Assembly (NCBI GenBank): GCA_043808155.1
Contig: JAZDFD010000012.1
Span: 23,822 to 87,821, forward strand
Direction of reading: 5' to 3'
DNA length: 64,000 nt
DNA from: Candidatus Iainarchaeum sp.
Lineage (GTDB): Archaea; Iainarchaeota; Iainarchaeia; Iainarchaeales; JAZDFD01
Numbering within the stretch: the first letter of the stretch is position 1; every line of letters starts with the position of its first letter. A program made the position numbers and the translations under genes. Positions 1 to 9,607 of the stretch are shown here, piece after piece. The notes under the pieces are model-generated. The model had not been told where the DNA came from, made no database searches, and worked only from the letters and a program-made list of their open reading frames with translations.

Positions 1-628
1 GTTCCTTTGAAATTGTAAGTGTTTTCTCAATTCCCTGGAATTCTGCTTTAATTTCATTTTCCCCTTCCTGCAATTTCACTGTCTCAGCAGAGGAAAATTC
101 ATTTCCAGAAAAATAAACTCTGTGGTCTAAGTTACCATTAACATAAATTGAAACAGGGGCATAGGCTTTTCCGTCATAATTATTTATCTCAATTTCAACT
201 TTTTCATTTTCTGCACTTAAAAAAAATTCAGGAACAGTTTTCTCATAGTTCTGTACTACCACATGATAAAACAAGGTATGAGACCCGAAAAACATTGTAA
301 CTTTGTTTTCACCAGAATTCAAAAACTCTGAAGAAACACACTCACTAATCCCATGTCTGTTTGAAACATCAACTTTTTTCTGCAGTACAACAGACTCATT
401 TGCAACTATGGTCATATCCTGAAAATTTTCCGTGTAATAATTTGATTCAATTCCCATTATGAAGCAGCTGTCCTCGTCCTCACTAACTTTTTTGTCAAAC
501 TCCTCCAGAAATATGTTTACTGATTTGAAATCTCCTGAAAAAGTTCCCCAGTAAAAGCTGCCCTGCCATGCAATAACTAATAATAAAAAAATCCCTGCAA
601 ACAGCAGTATCTGATTTTTAGTAATCAT
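1..628 (-). CDS. Hypothetical secreted/membrane-anchored protein (runs off window edge)
   Basis: ATG at 628, manual translation MITKNQILLFAGIFLLLVIAWQGSFYWG... with an N-terminal hydrophobic segment; not in ORF track because it is truncated. Confidence 0.6.
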   Translation of the reverse strand, partial: MITKNQILLFAGIFLLLVIAWQGSFYWGTFSGDFKSVNIFLEEFDKKVSEDEDSCFIMGIESNYYTENFQDMTIVANESVVLQKKVDVSNRHGISECVSSEFLNSGENKVTMFFGSHTLFYHVVVQNYEKTVPEFFLSAENEKVEIEINNYDGKAYAPVSIYVNGNLDHRVYFSGNEFSSAETVKLQEGENEIKAEFQGIEKTLTISKE

Positions 629-664
629 CTAAGAAATTTTATACAGAAAGCTTTAAAACTGCCC

Positions 665-3259
665 TTATCTGAGGAATGCGCTGGCAGTAACACCTGCATC
701 CCATGAATATCTCGGCCTGACTCTAATCATCCAGATTTTCTCAGTATTGTCATCTATAATCAGTGCATAACCCTTTTCTTTGGGCATTTCTGCATAATAC
801 TTATCCAGATCCTGATGCAGATAACTCGGTCTTAATGCAGAAACTGCATCAATATCAGGTTTTGAAGTCATTCTGTGACTTATGAATAAATCACACTGGG
901 AGATGGCATCGGGATGCAGTTTATTCGGACGTTGTGTTGCCAACAAAAGGCTCAAACCTGGTTGCCGTCCCACACGCACCCATTCAAGCAGAACTCTTAA
1001 TGCAATATTGTCTTCATCTTTGGGCATGAACATATGCGCTTCATCAATCATCATCCAGATAATTGGCATTGAACTTTCTTTTGTTTTCCCCTGAATTAGT
1101 TTCATTTCTTCTTCCTTTCTGTAAAGCATTCTTTCTTCAAAAAGTTTTTTTCCAAGCAGTGCAACAATAATGTCTTTAGTTCCTTCCATTCCAATTGCCT
1201 GTCTGTAAGCAGAAACATCAATAATTGTAACTTTTCCCGGCTTTGTAATATCTTTTATTTTAGTTCCTTCCTTTTCAATCAAACCCCAGCTTTTTGCAAT
1301 GTTTATTCTGTTAATAGTTGCCTGTTTTTCATGTGGGGAAGATTCTGTATCCTGCTTTATTGCAGTTATAATATCGTCAAGCCCAAAGTAGGTTCCCATT
1401 TTTTCTTTTATTGTTTCAATAACACGTGTAAGGAGAATTCCTTCGGGATCTCTCCATGTAAGTTTAAATAATGCCATCCATTCAATTGCTTCCAATTCAC
1501 TTGCTTTTAATGTGAATGCACCATCAACAGGAATGTTTTTTTCTTTGTAAAATTTAAGTTTTCCTTTGGGTACAAAAACTTTTGTGTCTGTTCCCGCTGG
1601 TTCCAAATCCCAGCTTTTCAAATATTCTACGTTCGCAGTATCTGGTAATTTCAAACTCCAAAAAATTCCAACAGTATCAATCACAATAACTGACACTCTT
1701 GATTTCACACTCGGCGGAAGTCTTGCAAATTCTTCTATAAGAACTGCCATAGTGTAACTGTTGTGAATTATTATGTCATTTGCTACAAAATTGTGCATTT
1801 CAGGAACTGAAATATCGTAGACTGTTGTTTTTTCATTTATTTCCTCAATTTTTTTTATCTCATCCCAGTAAACATCTGATTCTGCAATATTTTGAATTAA
1901 TTCATTTTCATCCGCAAGTGCAATTTGCAATAATTTATTTCTGCTCGGTGAATATCTAACACTTTCCCGTAATGCTTTTGGATGCTTGTAACCAATTTTT
2001 CTTCCAACCGCAGCCCAGTTTTCAGGAATATAATAATCCCAGATTTCTTTCGGAATTGTGTCTAAATTAGGATTGAATTTCTTGTCTTTAATGTCTTTTT
2101 GAAATTGCGCCTGCAATTCCTCTTTTTTCCCAAAGAACCCAATTTGATTTATAAACTCCTTGCAGAATTGACCCTCAATAGTTAATTCAAATGATGTAAA
2201 CTGTTTTCCATCCAAAATAATTTTTTTATCTCTTAGAATCGAAACAATCCCAAATTTAAGCAATAAGTGCTGAATCTGTTTTATCATTTTTTCAGAACTT
2301 GAACAATAGCTTATCCGATATCTTGTGTCTTCTTTCCAGATGCTACCGTCACAGGAAAACAAACGGTTCAGGAATAGTGCTGTTTTTTGTTTTGTTAGTG
2401 AGAAGACTTCTTTTGGAATTGTTTTTTCTGTTGCTTTAAATCCGTATGCGCCAATCGAAATAAGCCAATCTTTCAACGAGTGCTGTTTCTCAAATATAAT
2501 TCCCTTTGCAAATTTCCCTTCATTTCTTACATTTTTTTCAATTTTTTGTTTAAATTCTTTGCATACTACTCTGAATTGCTCTTCAGTATTTTTCATTTTT
2601 TTGACAGTGAGTTTTTCATCAAAAGTTATTACTGCTTTTTTGAAATCATTTTGGATTTTTTTATCAGTGTTCGTGAACCATACTGCTTTTCGCATTGTGT
2701 GGCCTTCTGCAATAAGATATGCCAATAGTTTAATCTGTGATTCACTCATGAATTCATTGCCGAAGAAACTTATTTTTCTTGGCGTAGCAATGCGTGAACC
2801 TTCTGAAAGTTCACTTACTGGTTTCCACCCGTCAATTGTAAGCAAGGGGTGTTCAGGAGTCAAAGTTATTTCTTTCCCTGCTCGTGTTGTTATTTTCAAA
2901 ACTTTTTCTACTTCTCTGCTGAAAAAATCACTTTTTTTTGCAGGTTCTAATTTGTAGCTTTCATTTAATGCAATTATTTTTTTTGAATTTTTTTTCAAAT
3001 TTTCAATTTTTTCAATAGATCCATCTTCAAGAATTATTTCGGTATCTCCTGAAACGCATTTTCCTCCTCCGCGCTTGCCGCATACAAGCATAACATGCGG
3101 CATTGCTAAATCAATAAGGATTTTTCTTCCCATTACTGGAGTTTCACCTGAACTCATTACAACTTTTCCCAGATAACCAGTGCCGTCTTCCCCGTATTTC
3201 TCAATATCCGAAAGGGAACGCCCCACAATTGAACTCTTTTCACTAAGCTCCATAGCCAT
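665..3259 (-). CDS. HerA/DUF87-family P-loop ATPase containing an intein
   Basis: Walker A GKRGGGK|S split by an intein; Walker B MMIDEAH; VGRQPG and LATQRP motifs typical of HerA/FtsK ATPases. Confidence 0.85.
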   Translation of the reverse strand: MAMELSEKSSIVGRSLSDIEKYGEDGTGYLGKVVMSSGETPVMGRKILIDLAMPHVMLVCGKRGGGKCVSGDTEIILEDGSIEKIENLKKNSKKIIALNESYKLEPAKKSDFFSREVEKVLKITTRAGKEITLTPEHPLLTIDGWKPVSELSEGSRIATPRKISFFGNEFMSESQIKLLAYLIAEGHTMRKAVWFTNTDKKIQNDFKKAVITFDEKLTVKKMKNTEEQFRVVCKEFKQKIEKNVRNEGKFAKGIIFEKQHSLKDWLISIGAYGFKATEKTIPKEVFSLTKQKTALFLNRLFSCDGSIWKEDTRYRISYCSSSEKMIKQIQHLLLKFGIVSILRDKKIILDGKQFTSFELTIEGQFCKEFINQIGFFGKKEELQAQFQKDIKDKKFNPNLDTIPKEIWDYYIPENWAAVGRKIGYKHPKALRESVRYSPSRNKLLQIALADENELIQNIAESDVYWDEIKKIEEINEKTTVYDISVPEMHNFVANDIIIHNSYTMAVLIEEFARLPPSVKSRVSVIVIDTVGIFWSLKLPDTANVEYLKSWDLEPAGTDTKVFVPKGKLKFYKEKNIPVDGAFTLKASELEAIEWMALFKLTWRDPEGILLTRVIETIKEKMGTYFGLDDIITAIKQDTESSPHEKQATINRINIAKSWGLIEKEGTKIKDITKPGKVTIIDVSAYRQAIGMEGTKDIIVALLGKKLFEERMLYRKEEEMKLIQGKTKESSMPIIWMMIDEAHMFMPKDEDNIALRVLLEWVRVGRQPGLSLLLATQRPNKLHPDAISQCDLFISHRMTSKPDIDAVSALRPSYLHQDLDKYYAEMPKEKGYALIIDDNTEKIWMIRVRPRYSWDAGVTASAFLR
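1760..3058 (-). mobile_element. Intein (433 aa) with LAGLIDADG homing endonuclease
   Basis: Starts CVSGDT, block B TPEHPL, endonuclease motifs LLAYLIAEG and FLNRLFSCDG, ends VYDISV...NFVANDIIIHN followed by Ser+1. Confidence 0.93.
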
Positions 3260-3382
3260 GCTATCATTAACACTTTTGAATATTTAAATGTTATATCTGC
3301 GTGTTTATAGTTCCTCTACTGAATTAAAACTTCCTTTAATATCAGCGAAAACTTTAAATGTAAGCCCCCACTTATTTATACC

Positions 3383-3841
3383 ATGGCTGATTTAAAAGAA
3401 CAGGAAGAAACCTACAGACTTCTCATCAGAAAAATTGATACTGAATTAACAAAATTTGAGAAATTAAAAGAAAAAATAAAATCAAAAAGAAGAGAAGTTA
3501 CTGACGAAGTTAAAAAAGCGGGATTTGATACTGTTCCTGTTAGAATAACTCCGCATTCAAACACTAAAGACGATTTAATTTCTGAAATTGAAACTCACAT
3601 TATGTCTCTTACGAAAACCAAAAATTTCATAAGTATGAAATTAGAGTCAATAATGCAGGAAGAAGAACTTTTGGCAGAATTAAAAAAGAAATTCAAAGAC
3701 AGTGTCAAACTAACAAAATTAGAGCATGGTGAATTTGAACTTAATTTCACTGATGCTGAAACAAAAGATGCTTACACTGAACTTTCTCAAAGTACAAAAC
3801 TCATTGAAAACATAAAGAAAACAATGCAAAACAAAGAATAA
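3383..3841 (+). CDS. Hypothetical coiled-coil protein
   Basis: 152 aa K/E-rich helical ORF with a TATA-like TTTAAA upstream. Confidence 0.6.
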   Translation: MADLKEQEETYRLLIRKIDTELTKFEKLKEKIKSKRREVTDEVKKAGFDTVPVRITPHSNTKDDLISEIETHIMSLTKTKNFISMKLESIMQEEELLAELKKKFKDSVKLTKLEHGEFELNFTDAETKDAYTELSQSTKLIENIKKTMQNKE

Positions 3842-3851
3842 GTTTTAAATC

Positions 3852-4982
3852 GTGAACAAGATGAATAATTGGAATTTTTTTAACCCAGTTGACGTTGCTT
3901 TTGGTGAAGGACGATTTGCAGAGTTTGCAGATTTTGCATCAAAATTTGAAAATAAAAGAATACTTCTTGTTACTGGAAAATCATCCATGACAAAATTAGG
4001 TTTCACTGGAAAAATAAAAAAATTCTTTTCAGGAAATGAGATCGAGGTTTTCAATAAAGTTGAGCCAAATCCCTCATTAAAAACTATTGATGAATCTGCA
4101 CAGTTTGCACGTTTATTTCATCCTGATTTAATTATTGGTTTAGGCGGAGGCTCTGCAATTGATGCTGCGAAATTCTGTGCTGCGTTAAACACAAACCCCG
4201 GGGATGCAAAAGACTATTTTTATGATAAAAAAGAATTTTCAAAACCCGCTACGACTTTAGTTGCAATTACAACAACTTCAGGAACCGGAAGTGAAGTTAC
4301 ACCCTATGGTGTTTATACTGACCATGAAAAAAATTTAAAGCAGGGATTTTCAACTCCTGTATTTTTTGCTCAAAAAGCAATTGTTGATCCTTCATTGACT
4401 GTTTCAATGAGCAAAGACTTAACTTCCTCAACAGGACTTGATGCATTTTCTCATGGTATTGAATCTTTGTGGAGTCCTAAGGCATCTAAGTTTTCACAAT
4501 TGTTTTCAGTTGAAGCAATAAAATTAGTTTATGAAAATCTGATTAACACAATTCACAAACCACTTAATATTGAACTCAGAACTTCAATGAGCCATGGACA
4601 ACTTTTAGCAGGTTATTCAATTTCATTAGCAGGTACGAATGCAATGCATGCATTTTCATATCCCTTGACTGTGAAATATAATGTTCCTCATGGAACTGCG
4701 TGTGCAATAACAACTGTTGGTTTTATGAATGCAGTAAAAAAAGAAAAAAATAAAGAACTGCAGATGATTACTTGTGCTATCGGAGCAGATAATATTGATG
4801 ACGCAATTTCCAAAATTGAACAGTTTTTCCATGCTGCGGGTGTTAAGAAACTCAGTGATTATGGTGTAAGTGAGGAGGATTTAGATGATTTATTAGATGG
4901 GACAAATGTCCCAAAAGTTAAGGCATCTTTCCCTAATTTTAATGAAGTAAAAATAAGAGAAGTTTTTGAAAACTCGTTATAG
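3852..4982 (+). CDS. Iron-containing alcohol dehydrogenase family protein
   Basis: GLGGGSAIDAAK, TTSGTGSE, DAFSHGIE, HAFSY and HGTAC metal-binding motifs. Confidence 0.9.
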   Translation: MNKMNNWNFFNPVDVAFGEGRFAEFADFASKFENKRILLVTGKSSMTKLGFTGKIKKFFSGNEIEVFNKVEPNPSLKTIDESAQFARLFHPDLIIGLGGGSAIDAAKFCAALNTNPGDAKDYFYDKKEFSKPATTLVAITTTSGTGSEVTPYGVYTDHEKNLKQGFSTPVFFAQKAIVDPSLTVSMSKDLTSSTGLDAFSHGIESLWSPKASKFSQLFSVEAIKLVYENLINTIHKPLNIELRTSMSHGQLLAGYSISLAGTNAMHAFSYPLTVKYNVPHGTACAITTVGFMNAVKKEKNKELQMITCAIGADNIDDAISKIEQFFHAAGVKKLSDYGVSEEDLDDLLDGTNVPKVKASFPNFNEVKIREVFENSL

Positions 4983-5022
4983 TTTCCAAATATTATTTAA
5001 ACTTACAAGCCCTATTTCTAAT

Positions 5023-5637
5023 ATGCCTGTAAGACCTTTACCCCCTGCACTTGTTAAACGCTTGACAAAATCGTCACGTGTTATAAGCGCGTATTTGGGC
5101 AATATGGAAAATTTGGACCATAGACCATATATTGAATTAGATGACCTCAGGGATACGCACTCATCAGGTGGGCGCGTAAGAGAAATGAATATTTCAAAAA
5201 ATTTTCCAGGTGATGACTTAGTAATAAAGCGAGCGCACACTGGGCTTTTTGGTGAAGCAGAAATTAAAGATGACGCACCTGCTCGGATAATAAAACATTT
5301 TTCCGAACTTGTTGATAAACATAACTCACTATTCAAACCGGGCGACTATGAGCTTAGAAAACCAATAATTTATGATATTGGTCACGGACTTATAGCAATG
5401 GCAAAAACTGATGCACCATCTATCGAAGAAATGATTCATACGGATATTAGCCGAAGAACAAAAAGAGGACGCGCATTTATGCGTAAGTTAATTAAAGATC
5501 ACAACATAAGTGTTAAAAAATTCGAAGACATTTGTAAAACTCTGCGTACTAGAACAAAGCTCCCTTCTGCGCATCTGCTTGTGTTAGGTGTTGAAAATGG
5601 AAAAATTATTTTCATGCCTCTGCCTGACGTAGCATAA
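5023..5637 (+). CDS. Hypothetical protein (possibly degenerate kinase-like fold)
   Basis: Likely start MPVRPLPP at 5023 after a TATA-like TTTAAA; LVIKR motif; no firm family assignment. Confidence 0.5.
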   Translation: MPVRPLPPALVKRLTKSSRVISAYLGNMENLDHRPYIELDDLRDTHSSGGRVREMNISKNFPGDDLVIKRAHTGLFGEAEIKDDAPARIIKHFSELVDKHNSLFKPGDYELRKPIIYDIGHGLIAMAKTDAPSIEEMIHTDISRRTKRGRAFMRKLIKDHNISVKKFEDICKTLRTRTKLPSAHLLVLGVENGKIIFMPLPDVA

Positions 5638-5649
5638 TTTTAATTTTCT

Positions 5650-5830
5650 ATTAACAAATTTCAGGGGTTGGCAAGGGGATGAAATCCAAAGTTCCATTAA
5701 AAAATTTCAGGGTTTGAAAAGGGACAGAGTCCCTATCCGGCGCTCCGGATGTGAGCATATGTGCCCTATCTTCGATAGGGCGGTAATTTACATTAACAAA
5801 TTTCAGGGTATGAAAAGGGACAGAGTCCCT
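5650..5830. repeat. Three direct repeats ATTAA(C/A)AAATTTCAGGG with interspersed hairpins
   Basis: Copies start at 5650, 5696 and 5792; copies 2 and 3 extend to ...TGAAAAGGGACAGAGTCCCT; hairpins at 5735-5750 and 5763-5781. Confidence 0.85.
5757..5787 (-). repeat. ATTAYCG-hairpin-CACRTAT element, copy A
   Basis: Minus strand ATTACCG CCCTATC GAA GATAGGG CACATAT. Confidence 0.75.
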
Positions 5831-5901
5831 TTCAGGCGAAGGAGTTGGGTATTTGAGAAAGTTGGCAAAGAGGTGGGGGTTGGGAGTTAAAAAGAAGTAA
5901 C

Positions 5902-6393
5902 TCATGACTTTGCCAAATACAGTACTTTTCTGCCAGACTGAACTTTTCTCAAATACCCTTCCTTATATAATTTATTTAAGCGCTGTGATGCTGCATTAGT
6001 TCCTTTGTAGCCTAATGCAGACTTTATATCTTTTGCTTCTACTGAGCCATTTTCCTGAACAAGATTAATAATCATCTGATCCTGCTCAGGTAACACTTCA
6101 ACTAATTCTCTATTCTCTGCCACCCCGTTCTTCTTCTTTTTTACTTCCTCTTTTCTTAGGTGGAAGTTTATTTCATCTAATTTTTCACCAATTTGCTCCA
6201 TTATTTTATTGGTTTGTTCCCGTTCCTGTGCCAGTTTGTACATCAGAACCGAGAGAAACGCAGGATTCTTGCTAAGTTCCATGATTTCCTGTAAATCAAG
6301 GCTTAAACCCTCGATTTTGGGATTTATCTTGTTAATTAGCTCTTCCTGACGCATTGTGTCATGAATATCCAGTGAAGTGTCATGATTTTTCAT
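5902..6393 (-). CDS. Coiled-coil plus C-terminal winged-helix DNA-binding protein
   Basis: C-terminus LPEQDQMIINLV...AASQRLNKLYKEGYLRKVQSGRKVLY fits a wHTH. Confidence 0.7.
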   Translation of the reverse strand: MKNHDTSLDIHDTMRQEELINKINPKIEGLSLDLQEIMELSKNPAFLSVLMYKLAQEREQTNKIMEQIGEKLDEINFHLRKEEVKKKKNGVAENRELVEVLPEQDQMIINLVQENGSVEAKDIKSALGYKGTNAASQRLNKLYKEGYLRKVQSGRKVLYLAKS

Positions 6394-6416
6394 AGCATAT
6401 CATGATAGTGTCATGA
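6356..6416. promoter_or_regulatory. Phased (GTG)TCATGA repeats overlapping the start and promoter of the wHTH gene
   Basis: TCATGA at 6359, 6380, 6400 and 6411, next to the TATA-like run at 6417-6426. Confidence 0.55.
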
Positions 6417-6520
6417 TATATATAAAGCTTTCGTGTTTGGAGGCTTTGCACATAAAGGGATTAGAAATTCGGGATTTGAACACCCCCTTTTTGTGCAAAA
6501 AGAAAAAACGAATAGTTAAT

Positions 6521-6763
6521 CTACTTAGGTCTCTTTGGAGGGGGTAATGCTTTATGATGTGGCTTAAATTCATGAACATTTTGTATTCGGTACGTATGAA
6601 GTTTGCTTCTTAAAGCATTAAATTCTTCTAACATTTCTTTTGTCTCTTTTGAATTTGGGTCTTTTATCAGCCTGTGACTGAGTTGAACATCAAGCAAACT
6701 TAAGGCAGATAAACTGTTTACCCATTTCCTATAACTTGTAATCTCTTGCATGAATAACATCAA
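6521..6763 (-). CDS. Hypothetical protein, possibly a 5'-truncated remnant
   Basis: Frame stays open upstream to 6850, abutting the stop codon of the VIT1 gene. Confidence 0.35.
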   Translation of the reverse strand: MMLFMQEITSYRKWVNSLSALSLLDVQLSHRLIKDPNSKETKEMLEEFNALRSKLHTYRIQNVHEFKPHHKALPPPKRPK

Positions 6764-6850
6764 TCTCTTTTCTTCTAAAAAAAGGTTTCGGAAACCACAT
6801 TTTATTCTTTTGGAACGCCTTAAATGTGCAGAATATAGTTTATGTGCATA

Positions 6851-7327
6851 TTAAACAAACGTTCCCGCAATCCACATTCCTACGCAATTTGCTATGAAAA
6901 CAACAACTAATGCAAGAGAAATATGCTCTGCAATAACGTGGAGTGTGCTTGTTTTATGGTCTTTTGAAATATAGTAGCTCAAAACACTAAGAATTAACAA
7001 ACCCCAAACCACACTAACAATAACTGCAGTTCCCAAGTCAAACAAGAACACAGGCACTGCGAAGGTTAAAGCACAGAAAAATTTGAAAAGAAATGTTGAA
7101 ATTGTAGAAGTCCAGATTTCCTTTTGCGTATGCTTATTTTCTGATTCTTCAGAAATATGAATTCCAAACGCATCTGAAAATGCATCTGCAATTGCAATCA
7201 TTATTATTCCGCCAAGAACAATAACTGTTGAATTAGTGCTTGCACTAAGTCCGACTAATAATCCAAGTGTGGTTATAACTCCGGAAGTTAAACCAAAACA
7301 TAAACCCACTTTAACAGAATGTTCCAT
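6851..7327 (-). CDS. VIT1/CCC1-family Fe/Mn transporter-like membrane protein
   Basis: FGLTSGVITTLG and IADAFSDAFGIHISEESE; several TM helices. Confidence 0.8.
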   Translation of the reverse strand: MEHSVKVGLCFGLTSGVITTLGLLVGLSASTNSTVIVLGGIIMIAIADAFSDAFGIHISEESENKHTQKEIWTSTISTFLFKFFCALTFAVPVFLFDLGTAVIVSVVWGLLILSVLSYYISKDHKTSTLHVIAEHISLALVVVFIANCVGMWIAGTFV

Positions 7328-7379
7328 CAGATATAAGAAACTCTAACTAATATTTTAAACTTACGCATTTTCATAAGTT

Positions 7380-7886
7380 TCACTTAAAACTAATTTCTGT
7401 TTTCTTTCCGTTAATTTCAGAAATTATTGTCTCAACTGTTTTTTTATCTGCAGGCAATCGATGTTCATCTGCTTTTGGAATAAAAAGTAGAGTCTCTTCC
7501 GTCCCTGGTTTGAATACTTTGTTCATTCCCAAAACCCTAACATTACCAAGAACATTCTGCACATTGTCTTTTTCAGAATTAGTATGTTCAACAATTCTTA
7601 TTTTTTTACCAAAATCTTTTGAAAGCGATTTTACAATTTCCCCGCCTTTGCCAATCAATGCACCAACATTCCCTTTGCAAACAATAAGAATGAATTCCCC
7701 AGCTTCATAAGCTTTAACAAATTCAGTGTCTTTAAGCACCAAGGTTTTTTCCATATCCTGAAGTTTCCTCAGAACTTTCAAATCAGTTTCACTGACCAAA
7801 CCCTGTTTTATTTTTGCATTGCACAATGCACAGAAACTGTTATTTTTCAATTCTTCATTACAGAGCGGACTTTTCATTTTTATCAC
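7380..7886 (-). CDS. NusA-like KH-domain RNA-binding protein with N-terminal Cys cluster
   Basis: KH motif GALIGKGG...KKIRIVE; N-terminal C..CxxC. Confidence 0.8.
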   Translation of the reverse strand: MIKMKSPLCNEELKNNSFCALCNAKIKQGLVSETDLKVLRKLQDMEKTLVLKDTEFVKAYEAGEFILIVCKGNVGALIGKGGEIVKSLSKDFGKKIRIVEHTNSEKDNVQNVLGNVRVLGMNKVFKPGTEETLLFIPKADEHRLPADKKTVETIISEINGKKTEISFK

Positions 7887-8000
7887 TAACTGAGTTCAAT
7901 CCCAATATATTATGATAGAAAAAGATTAACAGGGGGTACTATTGCAATCTGATATCTAAAATCTGCTAAAAATAAAAAGAAAAAAGTGAAATAAAAAATT

Positions 8001-8285
8001 TCACCTTGCTAATTTAATCTCAATTGCTGAGACTTTTAAAGGACTCCCATCTTCAATAGGGATTTCCTCTGTTGAAATTGAAATATTTGCAATCTTTGCA
8101 TCTGTTATGAATTTGTTTCTTACGATCTCTGCTACGTCTACTGCTCTGCTGATTGCTTTGCCTCTTGCTTTGATGTAAACTTCATTTGAACCCTTGTTAT
8201 TCATCTGGGTTACGACTGCAAGGACATAACTCATTGTACCTTTCTTTCCAACGAAAACTGCATTTTCTTCTGCCATTTTGTGCAC
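8001..8285 (-). CDS. albA: DNA/RNA-binding protein Alba
   Basis: [40 protein letters not shown]; likely start 8276. Confidence 0.95.
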   Translation of the reverse strand: MHKMAEENAVFVGKKGTMSYVLAVVTQMNNKGSNEVYIKARGKAISRAVDVAEIVRNKFITDAKIANISISTEEIPIEDGSPLKVSAIEIKLAR

Positions 8286-8294
8286 CTCCAGGGA

Positions 8295-8510
8295 TCACTT
8301 AATAATAGTTTCTGCATTATTTTCTGTTTTTACAAGTATTGCATTTTTTGGACAGGCATTGTAACATAGTTTACAATCAATGCATAATGACTGTTTTTCA
8401 GGATGAACGCTTACGCGTCCCTGTGTCATAATGAATAATTCCAATGGGCAAGCATGCACACAGATTCCGCAGTGCGTACACTCTCCTAAATCATGGAATA
8501 TTTCAGTCAC
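8295..8510 (-). CDS. 2[4Fe-4S] ferredoxin
   Basis: Two CxxCxxCxxxCP motifs. Confidence 0.9.
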   Translation of the reverse strand: MTEIFHDLGECTHCGICVHACPLELFIMTQGRVSVHPEKQSLCIDCKLCYNACPKNAILVKTENNAETIIK

Positions 8511-8614
8511 AATACCCCCCTATGATTGCTGTAAATATAGCTCTGGAAATGATATTTAATACTTATGGTTAAGCTCAAATAAAAAAGAAAATAAGGAAAT
8601 AAGCCCTAATTGGC

Positions 8615-9466
8615 TTATCTCAGATATTCTAAAGTGTTTTCAAATACACCGCGTGTTTTACCAGGGTCGTAATTGAAGTAAATGCTTTTTCCCACAATCT
8701 GAGTTCTTTCAACAATTGCAGGGAAGTAACGCGGAGTTGCAACATCCTGAATAGATGCTATGATTTTACCTGTTGGTGTAACATCAAATGTTTCAAGTAA
8801 TAATGGTGCGTCATTTGGCTGTGCAGGAATTCTGTCAATCCCTTCCATTATTTTATGGTCAAAGTCCTGCTTGTAAATTACACCGTGTACTGAGTATTTT
8901 ACTGTACAACTTGGAACACTATTTTCAAGTGGTCCGCACTCAACAGGAATTGCATCCCCAAATGTTGCTTTCCATCCCACAACATCTTTTGCAGGATTGC
9001 CTAAACCAACTTCTCTGTAAATTCCAGAATCCATTACAGTAATTAATTTTCCGCCCTTATTGACATAGCTTTCAATTGCTTCACCAAGCTGTCTTGAAAC
9101 TGCTTTATTTGAATTGTATGCCTGATAAAGCATTACTACATCATACTGAGCTAATTGTTCGTCTGGACTTATATTTAATGCAGACGAACTTTTGACATAG
9201 TACTTGACAAGATCTCTGTCCTGATCAAGAATTATCTGCAGGTCTGCACTAGGTGAACCAATAATTAACATTTGCATTGGGTCATTCCCATCAAAGCCTG
9301 GAAGAAATCCTAAGTCTATGAAATTAAATTTGTGTGCCAAGAAAGCCACAATAATTATTATAAGAATCAAAGGAATGAGGCCTTCGAGATTTGATGTTAG
9401 TTTTGATTTTAAGCTACCGCCCATATTCATTGGTTCAGCTGCTCCTCCACCATTATCAGGATACAT
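8615..9466 (-). CDS. Membrane-anchored protein with glutamine-amidotransferase-like alpha/beta domain
   Basis: N-terminal TM; LAQYDVVML and IESYVNKGGKLI; paralogous to 9608-10543. Confidence 0.55.
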   Translation of the reverse strand: MYPDNGGGAAEPMNMGGSLKSKLTSNLEGLIPLILIIIIVAFLAHKFNFIDLGFLPGFDGNDPMQMLIIGSPSADLQIILDQDRDLVKYYVKSSSALNISPDEQLAQYDVVMLYQAYNSNKAVSRQLGEAIESYVNKGGKLITVMDSGIYREVGLGNPAKDVVGWKATFGDAIPVECGPLENSVPSCTVKYSVHGVIYKQDFDHKIMEGIDRIPAQPNDAPLLLETFDVTPTGKIIASIQDVATPRYFPAIVERTQIVGKSIYFNYDPGKTRGVFENTLEYLR

Positions 9467-9607
9467 TTTTTCTTACCTCGCTAATTTTTTATAATATATT
9501 TGAATATATTATACTTTGTGCCTGCCCTAATTTAAATACGTTTCGGGCAGTTTTGAGTTTATAAAGCGTTTTCTAGTTTAAAAACCTTTCCGTGAGATTA
9601 ATTGGAT

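Noticed and set aside
5650-5830. Possible CRISPR mini-array
   Set aside because: Irregular spacing (46 and 96 bp), unequal repeat lengths, no cas genes in the window
5651-5905. 84-aa ORF with a repeated RDSVPF motif
   Set aside because: The peptide repeat just reflects the DNA repeats and hairpins; more likely non-coding
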